Source of the DNA: a virus
DNA length: 64,000 nt
Direction: 5' to 3' (one strand)
IMG/VR virus record: IMGVR_UViG_3300029774_000001
Shown here: positions 1-8,500 of the stretch, piece after piece
Position numbering within the stretch: position 1 is the first letter of the stretch
How the letters are laid out: each line of letters opens with the position of its first letter
Translations under genes and position numbers: made by a program
Notes under the pieces: generated by a model
Database searches by the model: none
The model's input: only the letters and a program-made list of their open reading frames with translations
What the model was told of the DNA's origin: nothing

Positions 1-1
1 C

Positions 2-3000
2 AATCAAACTTGGACTATGAATCTGACTGTGACAGCCAAAATAACGATAAATGTAAAGTCAAATATACCAAGCGGAACGAATCTAAGCGGTGCTACGGTA
101 AAATACTTTAACCAGACCGGAACGACCGACAGTAGCGGAAATATATCGTTGTACAGAAGTTCCGTAACAAATGGCGTAACAGCAACAGCAACGTATCACG
201 GAAATTATTCCGGAAGCATAACAAGTTCTTCTGCATCTCCGTTCAATGTGGTAATGACACGTTCTACAGCAACAGTTAGCCTTACAGTAAATGAGACATA
301 TTCGGGCGGTAGCATGTTTACTTATCCGTCCATGAAGATGATATTCAGTCCGGCAGCATCAACAAGTCCATTGACACTTGACACAGCCGGAAGCGTATCT
401 TTTGTTTGTTATCTTGGTACCCCGGTTACATTCACCCCACAAACAAGAGCAAATTATTACAGTAATCCAAATAATCAGCTTACATATACAGCAGCCGGAC
501 AATCAAAGACGATTAGTTTGAATTGTAATCAAAAGATAGTGATTAATACGGTAGCAAATATTTACAATATAAACAATACGCTTGCAGGGACAATCACTTA
601 TTTTGGACAAACACTTGCGTCCGGAGGAAGTTTCTATAGAAGTGGATTAGATAGGCCTTTAACGGCAACTGCAACATATTTCAATAACTACGTAGGTACG
701 GTGACAGCCACGCAGACATCTCCCTATACAGTGACGATGAACAGAACGACAAGAACGGTGACAATAACTGTTCAAGAATCAATACCAAGTGTTGGTACCT
801 ATATATTGCCGAGTGTTGTTATAGTAAGAGGTATTCTGTCTAGTTCAAATGCACCAGCAGGAGAAATAACATTGGGTACAGATGCCACAAAAACAAATAC
901 CGTATATGCAGGTATAAATTACACCTACACACCGAAAAACTATGCAAGTTATTACAGTAATGCTTCGCAGAGTCACACATGGACTAATGAAAATGAGAAG
1001 TGGACTATGACATTGAATATAACTGCACGTCTGACATTTAACATAAAGAGTTCTAATTATGGGACAAATATAAGCGGTGTATCATGTTCCTATTTTGGAC
1101 AGACAGGCACGACAGATAGTAGCGGTAATTGGACTGCATACAGAAGTAGTATAGGCAGAGGATATTCGTTTTCCAAGACGAACTACAATAAACTGACTGG
1201 TACATTGTCGGCAGGCCAAGCAAGCCCTCTTAATCTGAAAATGAGCGAGACAAGTTCTTCTATAACATTCACCATAAAGGACTACTATCAAGGAGCAGTA
1301 AAAGGAAATGCGAACGGATGTCCGGTCACAATGACGAATTCGCAATTATCGTCAATCAATTTTACAGGAACGACAAACAGTAGCGGACAGGTGACGTTCG
1401 GCCCAATGATAGCTGGGAATTATAACATAACATGGGGTGGTGGTACGAGCTATTGGGTATCAAGTACGGGAACGATAACAATGCCTCTATCAGCGAACAC
1501 AAGAAATGCAATGAGATTGACGAAGAGTGTAACTAATGTATTCTATTTCCAGGTACCGAATACGAGAACAAAATTTAGATATTGGGCTGTAAACACTCTA
1601 ATGAATCCAGTATATACTACTGGAGGAGTAGCGACAACGGTAACTTTGACAAAAACGGGCGCGACATATTATGATGTTGGAAGTTATACATATATTGCAG
1701 GAGTAGAGACAACGATAAGCACGGCTGTAACGACATATTTCAGAACCGGAAGTAGTACAAATACCGCTACTGTATATTCTATTACTCCTACATACAATTT
1801 TAACAATATACCGGGAATTACAGATACAGCTCCATTATGTTCATATGCGATAAAAGGTATTGTAGTGACTGTACAGAACAGCTATACGAATGCAGCTGTG
1901 AACGGAGCGACAATAAAGATGTATGGTATAAACGGAAGTAATGTCAATACTGGAGCAGGAATGGGAGCGGAACAAGTTGTAACGACGAACAGTGCAGGAC
2001 AAGCGACGGTATATGTGTCCGGATTGACAAACAGATACATAGTAAGTGCGACAAGATACGAGACATTAAACACCACGAACGCGAATACCTCAAACTTTAC
2101 AATCAAGCTGGTGCCGAGTGAGGTAACAATAACAATAACGGTAAACGACGCGAATACAGGAACGAACGTGGGAAGTGGATGTATAGTGAAGCTGTCAAGC
2201 AATAACACCAGCACAGCATATAGCGGCACTACAAACACGAGCGGACAGGTGGTGTTGAAGATAAAGCCGGGCAACTACTGGTGGGAAGCAGGAGGTAGCA
2301 CAACCTGGGGAGGAAACGGAACAGGAGACTGGAATTATCCGAACCGTTCCACCACCTCAATCTCTCTCGTCAAAGACCAGTCCATAACAATAGAGGCTCT
2401 AAAGGTAGGGGTGTGGGTGAAGGACGAATTTAGTAGTAGTAATTTCGGAAAAGACGCAACATCTCGTAAAAATTCGTATTCTGGGTTATATGTAGAACCA
2501 GTTATAGAGGCAAATAAGACATATCCAAGTAGTTCGTGTGCAGCTGTATTGACATATGACCCCAGTAAAGTAAATGAATTAGAGATGATAAATCTAAAAA
2601 CGGTAGCTTCTCTTTTCGTTGACTCCCCTAATGTATATGGAGTTTCAACATTTTTTGATTATAATGGAGCGAATGATTCATATAGACTGTATGGATATAG
2701 TCATATACAAGGTAGTTTTTATTTAAGTCCTTCTTCTAATGGTGATTTTCAAAACTTGAACTACGTATGTTGCGGATTTAGTGGTGCAAATAGGTTAACA
2801 TGGGGGCAATTGAATATAAGAAAAGGTTTTTTAAATTATGTAAAAGGCAATAATGATAGCACTTTAGGTTCAGTGTTTCAAAATAGCAACAATTATTCTG
2901 TACGTAATTCTTTATGTGTTTTAGTAACACAAGAAGAATTAAATTCAATTAATGAAAGCATTAATAGTCAAGAAATAATTGCGATACCCGAAACACCAAA

Positions 3001-3874
3001 TAATAACAATCAAATTAGTATAAGACTTCAATCTTGGGATATCGGCTCTTCTATGAGCTCTTATAGCTTAAAAGTTAATGGGCCTACTGTTGGAAGAAAA
3101 ATCAATATATTCTTTTACAAGAGAGCGTATATTAATCTGTCCAAACATCAATTGATATTGTTTGTATACGGACCTCAAAAGACTTTTTCAGAAGAAAATC
3201 TAACTTTTGATTTTTATGTATTGGTATGGAAAGGTTCTTCTACATGGAATTATATAAATAGTAGTAGTGGTTTGCAATATTGGCATTGTTACAATAACAT
3301 ACCTTCTTCTATTACTAACAATATGGGAGGTAATGTATGGATATCAAAAGATAAGAGATTTATGTTTTATGTTGGCAAGGGTCCTTGGGGAGCGTCGAAA
3401 GGAATAAATATAGTAAGAAGCGCTTCTGTTTTAGTTGATGAAAACGGCTGGGCTGCAACGTCAATAACTATTAATGATAACTTTGTATCAGAATTAAGAA
3501 GCACTCTTGCTAATTATTATGTTCTTGACGTTATATTTAATAAAGATGGTTCTAAAATGATTGCTCTCTGTAATGGACAAAAGGGAGCACAAGGAGGAGC
3601 GATTATTGCTAATTCCTATGTAGAAGGTATACATCCTACTAATATATTTTGTTTTGAAATGCTAAATGGTGGTAAATGGATAAATATACCATATAATATA
3701 GTAGGATTTACTAATTTCTGGAACAAATATAACGCTTCTGGAAGTGGTAAATTGAGACCATTCTTTAGTATTAACCAGAATTATTTAGGGAACACATGGG
3801 ATATGAGTTATGTTTATCCATCGTATAGTGAGAATGCGACAGCATATTATGCTTCTCTTACTTTTAATGATTAA
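2..3874 (+). CDS. Tail fibre / receptor-binding protein (5' end cut by window). Constant repeat-rich N-part joined, in the present orientation, to variable C-terminal domain A
   Basis: Frame is open from nt 2 with no stop before the ATG at 17. The W-T-M-x-L motif at the first residues recurs about 330 aa later, so the ORF continues upstream. Repeated beta-sandwich modules carry G-T-T-D/N-S-S-G and P-G-N-Y motifs. The last ~215 aa are paralogous to minus ORF 3928-5475; both end L-T/S-F-N/G-D. Confidence 0.8.
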   Translation, partial: NQTWTMNLTVTAKITINVKSNIPSGTNLSGATVKYFNQTGTTDSSGNISLYRSSVTNGVTATATYHGNYSGSITSSSASPFNVVMTRSTATVSLTVNETYSGGSMFTYPSMKMIFSPAASTSPLTLDTAGSVSFVCYLGTPVTFTPQTRANYYSNPNNQLTYTAAGQSKTISLNCNQKIVINTVANIYNINNTLAGTITYFGQTLASGGSFYRSGLDRPLTATATYFNNYVGTVTATQTSPYTVTMNRTTRTVTITVQESIPSVGTYILPSVVIVRGILSSSNAPAGEITLGTDATKTNTVYAGINYTYTPKNYASYYSNASQSHTWTNENEKWTMTLNITARLTFNIKSSNYGTNISGVSCSYFGQTGTTDSSGNWTAYRSSIGRGYSFSKTNYNKLTGTLSAGQASPLNLKMSETSSSITFTIKDYYQGAVKGNANGCPVTMTNSQLSSINFTGTTNSSGQVTFGPMIAGNYNITWGGGTSYWVSSTGTITMPLSANTRNAMRLTKSVTNVFYFQVPNTRTKFRYWAVNTLMNPVYTTGGVATTVTLTKTGATYYDVGSYTYIAGVETTISTAVTTYFRTGSSTNTATVYSITPTYNFNNIPGITDTAPLCSYAIKGIVVTVQNSYTNAAVNGATIKMYGINGSNVNTGAGMGAEQVVTTNSAGQATVYVSGLTNRYIVSATRYETLNTTNANTSNFTIKLVPSEVTITITVNDANTGTNVGSGCIVKLSSNNTSTAYSGTTNTSGQVVLKIKPGNYWWEAGGSTTWGGNGTGDWNYPNRSTTSISLVKDQSITIEALKVGVWVKDEFSSSNFGKDATSRKNSYSGLYVEPVIEANKTYPSSSCAAVLTYDPSKVNELEMINLKTVASLFVDSPNVYGVSTFFDYNGANDSYRLYGYSHIQGSFYLSPSSNGDFQNLNYVCCGFSGANRLTWGQLNIRKGFLNYVKGNNDSTLGSVFQNSNNYSVRNSLCVLVTQEELNSINESINSQEIIAIPETPNNNNQISIRLQSWDIGSSMSSYSLKVNGPTVGRKINIFFYKRAYINLSKHQLILFVYGPQKTFSEENLTFDFYVLVWKGSSTWNYINSSSGLQYWHCYNNIPSSITNNMGGNVWISKDKRFMFYVGKGPWGASKGINIVRSASVLVDENGWAATSITINDNFVSELRSTLANYYVLDVIFNKDGSKMIALCNGQKGAQGGAIIANSYVEGIHPTNIFCFEMLNGGKWINIPYNIVGFTNFWNKYNASGSGKLRPFFSINQNYLGNTWDMSYVYPSYSENATAYYASLTFND
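2341..2418. repeat. Left arm of a perfect 78-bp inverted repeat, inside the tail-fibre coding sequence
   Basis: gaaccgttccaccacctcaatctctctcgtcaaagaccagtccataacaatagaggctctaaaggtaggggtgtgggt is the exact reverse complement of 5399-5476. It encodes NRSTTSISLVKDQSITIEALKVGVWV. Confidence 0.95.
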
Positions 3875-5398
3875 ATAAAACGAGCGTCCATACTTTTTTA
3901 ATTGGTATGGACGCTTTTTATAAACTATCAATCTCCGAAACTCAAATTATATCTATACGCATTAAACGGCTCATTCCCTCCAGGATACATGAAGTTAATT
4001 TCTCCATTTACAAAATTGATTAAAGGTTTATAACTATTACCTTTACCGCCAGATGTAGAATTATTATAATCATTCCAAAATGTGTCACCTCCTATATGAG
4101 AACTGTTTAATCTGACAAATTTTTTCTGACTTTCCGACCAAATAAAATAAAGTATTATATCCGGTTGGATACCTTCCGCATAACTATAGGTAGAAGTTGG
4201 GTCTGTAAATGCACCTTTGGAAGAATTTCCAAGAACCATTATTTTATTGGATTTACCGTTGAATATGACATCTAATATATAATAGTTCTGACAAGCATTT
4301 AAGATATCCGTACCTCCTCCTTCCATTTCATAAGAAACTCCAGTCCAGCCATTTTCTCCAAAAAGAGCTGATGAACCTTTTATGGTATGCAATCCCTTAG
4401 AAAATCCTTGATAATTAGCTCCATTCAGTGATATATAGAACAACCATTTTAAATCCGGTGATACCCAATAATCCCCTCCAATTACAGAAGTAATCGCAGA
4501 TGGGATATTGTAATAACACGACCAATTTCCCCCAGATTCCAAATCATCCCCATACTGTCCTACAAGACCTTTCCATATTCCGTAATAAAATTTAGCATGA
4601 GTATCTCCATATGACCTATCTTGTGACTTTACCAATATGATTACTCTTTCATTATCACTTGCCAATACCAGCCACCCCATATGCTCCACTCTACCTTCAT
4701 CTTTATAAGGATATCCAGGTATACTGGAAAAATCTATGATATAATTAGAAACATATTGTAGTGTTATACTTACTACTCTAAATTCATAATTACTATAAGT
4801 TCCAATCATATAAGATTTTATTCTTCCAATTGAACTATGTATTGTTTTAATAACAGAAGCATATTTTCTTACAGAATAATTGTTAAAATATTTATATTGG
4901 TCACTTATAGCATTACCACTATAATATAAATCTGATGAAGTGATTTTCCAAGTATCTTTAACTGAATAATTTCTTAATACTTGAGTTGCAGCCCAACGTA
5001 TTATAGCATTAATTACATAATGTATATATGTAATTACGGGTAATCTTAAATTATCAAAATTATATACGGGATGACTTATTGACACACCAAGATATTTTGT
5101 TATTGCATTTGTACTTACACGAATTGAACTATTATTATCCCATAAATTAGTTTCATCTTTTTTATATAATTTAGCTATACAATATGTTTCAAATGAACTA
5201 TCCGACAAATAAACAGAATGTCCTAATGTATAAATTTTTGTACCAGTAGTTACGAAAAATACAATACCAAAAGAGTTACTGATAGCATACAACTTACTTC
5301 CTTCACTTGGTAAATTTACAATACCCGTATAAGCTCCTTTATATGGTTTGTAATAATCATCTATATACGAGGAATATTGTTCTACTCTTCTGTTCGTT
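2419..5398. other. Putative invertible segment (Mu G-segment-like) with two alternative tail-fibre C-terminal cassettes
   Basis: 2,980 bp bounded by the 78-bp IR. It contains convergent cassette A (+, 2419-3874) and cassette B (-, 3928-5398), separated by a bidirectional hairpin terminator. Confidence 0.7.
3884..3920. terminator. Bidirectional rho-independent terminator between the convergent fibre cassettes
   Basis: 10-bp stem GCGTCCATAC / GTATGGACGC, with a T-run following the hairpin on the + strand (and an A-rich tract upstream of it, giving a T-run on the - strand). Confidence 0.8.
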
Positions 5399-5475
5399 AC
5401 CCACACCCCTACCTTTAGAGCCTCTATTGTTATGGACTGGTCTTTGACGAGAGAGATTGAGGTGGTGGAACGGTT
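3928..5475 (-). CDS. Silent alternative tail-fibre C-terminal cassette B, with no start codon of its own
   Basis: The minus-strand frame reads straight through the right IR arm in the same frame as the left arm (..EALKVGVWV-TNRRVEQ..). A TAG lies immediately outside the IR (5476-5478). There is no ATG before residue ~70, and the track start at 5406 is a GTG inside the IR. The C-terminal ~215 aa are homologous to cassette A. Confidence 0.75.
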   Translation of the reverse strand, partial: NRSTTSISLVKDQSITIEALKVGVWVTNRRVEQYSSYIDDYYKPYKGAYTGIVNLPSEGSKLYAISNSFGIVFFVTTGTKIYTLGHSVYLSDSSFETYCIAKLYKKDETNLWDNNSSIRVSTNAITKYLGVSISHPVYNFDNLRLPVITYIHYVINAIIRWAATQVLRNYSVKDTWKITSSDLYYSGNAISDQYKYFNNYSVRKYASVIKTIHSSIGRIKSYMIGTYSNYEFRVVSITLQYVSNYIIDFSSIPGYPYKDEGRVEHMGWLVLASDNERVIILVKSQDRSYGDTHAKFYYGIWKGLVGQYGDDLESGGNWSCYYNIPSAITSVIGGDYWVSPDLKWLFYISLNGANYQGFSKGLHTIKGSSALFGENGWTGVSYEMEGGGTDILNACQNYYILDVIFNGKSNKIMVLGNSSKGAFTDPTSTYSYAEGIQPDIILYFIWSESQKKFVRLNSSHIGGDTFWNDYNNSTSGGKGNSYKPLINFVNGEINFMYPGGNEPFNAYRYNLSFGD

Positions 5476-5476
5476 C
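5399..5476. repeat. Right arm of the perfect 78-bp inverted repeat
   Basis: Exact reverse complement of 2341-2418. Identity breaks at 2419/5398 and 2340/5477. Confidence 0.95.
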
Positions 5477-5557
5477 TACAGTATTTTTTCGTCGTGTTTG
5501 TTTTCGTAATATCCAAAATTAATCGTATTTTTACCGTGCAATTAATTGTTTTTCAAC

Positions 5558-8500
5558 ATGGAAAAAAGAATAAAGAAAGAAAACCCGTGTGGGGGATTAT
5601 TTTTACCCCAGTCCACACCTATATATGATAACTTGCCTTTCAGTCGTTTTTTTGAAGAAAACGACAAGGAAGTAATACGGTGGGCAGAAAACGTACTTGA
5701 AAAACTGGAAGGAAGGGGGGTTTTGCCCACATTCCTAAAGAAGAAAGAGAACGAGGATTTCCGTGCCTTTTGGGGAACCATAACTCATATATTCGCTTTG
5801 ATAGTTCTGTATGCAAGACAATACAAAAAGATAGACACGAATCAGATTTTATTCGAGATGTTTATTCAGAACAGAGGTCTTGTTACTAATATGGTGGACA
5901 GCCAGGAACAGATGAAATACCTATTCTATAATTACCTGGAAGAATATTCAAAGCGTGGAAGACTTGACATCATAAGCAAGGAAGGCGAGATATTGGGTGA
6001 ATTGTTGCGATTGATAAGATACAATTCTTTGGACGAGTTTATATTTGCCTTGTTGAGACCGGAAGCTACGGGGTGGGCGATGGGTCACAGTTCGCCTACA
6101 TGTGACCGGACGAATACGGTAATGAATGTATCAAAAGCGTATGAATATACAAAAGGAGTAGAGGATTTGAATAATTATCCTCTATTGATACCGGAAAGTA
6201 TAAGCATAACGCAGGACGAAAACGGGGATGATGACGAGATATTCAATGCTATGACATTTTTTGGTAATCAAGCCGTGGGCATAGACGGAAGGGTGGATTT
6301 GGACAAGCTTATAATCATAGACCCGAATCTATCCTACGAAATATCATTGCAAGTAAAAGTGTCGGCTACGGACAATGAAAACCTAAAGTTTGGAGTAGCT
6401 GGGTACGAGACGGTAGACGGAGAGCCGTTGTCTATGGGAATATTGGAAAACGGACAGATAACCGGAAGTTCCTTTTGGTTCCATGAAAACGAATATTTGG
6501 ACATAAAGAATGACGGCATGTATTACTACATAAAAGGAATACTGCTGTCAACGAACGAGAAGTTTTTGAAAGCGCCTGCACTTAATTTCCCGTCTGGGCG
6601 TGCTTTGTCGATAATGCCGGGAATGAAGTATATCGCACCTATATTTATCCAGGAAAGAACGGTCGGAAATCACCCGTATATATATATATACGATTTTCAT
6701 GTGAAACCCTTATATCTGCCGTTTTCACAAGGATATTTGGGTGAACGTGACATTATAGCTGCTTACTATAAAAACAACGCATATCAGAGACAATTTACTG
6801 TAGAGACTTTCTTAAAAAATTACCTTGTTGGATATAAGAACATATTCGGCAGTGAATTGATAAGACCTTATGTAGGAGAGGAAGAATATCAGATATTGTT
6901 CAAGGTGTTTTCAAACCGAAACAAGTACATACCCAATGCAAGGATTACGATAAACGGGGAAGAGCTTGTAACGGACGTGAACGGTGAAGCAAAGATAACG
7001 TTACCGCGCGGACAATGGTATTATGAGGTGGAAGCCGAAAACTTTGAAAACGTGGAAAACTCTTTATTAGTGGACAAGGATGCTGTAGAATATGTACAGT
7101 TAATGGGTGCCGCCTATGAACGGGTGGTTACGTTCTTTGTGCGCGACAAGGAGACAAAAGACTGGATGCAGAATGTGAAAGTGTCCTTTGCAGGAAAGGT
7201 TCAATATACCGGAAGCAACGGTATAGCGACATTCGAGGTGTTCCCCGGTATATACGAATATGTGGCAGAATATGAGGACTATTATACGGTGAGAAGAAAT
7301 GCCGAAATAGTGGATTCTACCAACATAGAAATCGAGATGGAAAAGATACCTTACTATAACGTGACTTTCCGTATAAGGGACGGTGTGGAGCCAGTATCGG
7401 GTGCATCTGTATTAGTGACGGGTGAAGATATTCCTAACCAGACTGGAAGCTCGAATGCGCAGGGACTTGCAACCGGGTTTATATATCCGGCAGGAACGTA
7501 TCATTATAAGGTCGTGAAAGAAGGATATATAACCGTGGAAAAGGATTTTACCATATACGGAAACGCGGTTATAGACATACAGTTCAACCCCATACCGAAA
7601 TATAACATAAACTTTGTCGTGAGAAGCAACGGGTTGCCCGTAGCGAAAGCGGATGTTACTTTCAACGGCACAACCCTACAGACGGAAAGAAACGGGGTTG
7701 TGACATTTGTAGAGGTGGCAGGTTCCTATGCTTGGAAGGTGTCAAAGACGGAATTCAACGGGCAGGAAGGAACGGTGGAAGTCGTGGATAAGGACGTGAC
7801 GGTAGAAGTTGACTTGGTGCAGATAGGCTATCTGATTGATTTTTATGTTACGGACGATAACAATACACCGCTTGACGATGCTTTGGTTACTGTAGGTACG
7901 GAATCAATAAGTACGAGTGGAGGGCAGGCGCAATTTGTCCGTATATCGGGCGGTTATAACTGGACCGTACAGAAGGAAGGATATTATACGAAACAAGGTG
8001 TTGTGACGGTGAACGGAGAGAACAAGAGAGTGGATGTACAATTAAAGCTTGTTACCTACGACATCATATTTACCGTGAGAATGAGCGGACAACCCGTTAA
8101 GAACCAGCCCGTAGTGCTTGGTGTAGGGGAGGATGAACAAACGGTCAATACGGACGCGAGCGGAAACGCAGTCTTTAACCGTGTGCCGGGCAGTTATCCG
8201 TGGAATGTGACAAAAACGGGGTATGAGCCGAGAACAGGAACGGCAGTATTGATAAACCAGCCTTTAGCCATAACGGTAGACCTTGTTAAGCAGACCGGAA
8301 AACTGACGGTAACGGTATTGGATGTGGAAACGAACAATCCTATTAGTAATGCGGTAGTGACGATAAACGGGGAAACGAGATATTCCAACAACAACGGTAT
8401 CGCGGCAAGCTGGACGCTTGAACTTGGTGTGTGGGAGTGGAGCGCGTCTCACCAGGACTATAACCCGGCAAAGGGGAATGTGAACATAACGGCAGGAGAC

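Noticed and set aside
1082-2274. Minus-strand ORFs (87 and 130 aa) inside the tail-fibre gene
   Set aside because: They are embedded antisense in a 1,285-aa ORF with clear domain repeats and show no independent signals.
2341-5476. Diversity-generating retroelement (TR/VR pair) as the explanation for the fibre repeats
   Set aside because: The repeats are inverted and 100% identical with no adenine-specific mismatches, and no reverse transcriptase is present in the window.
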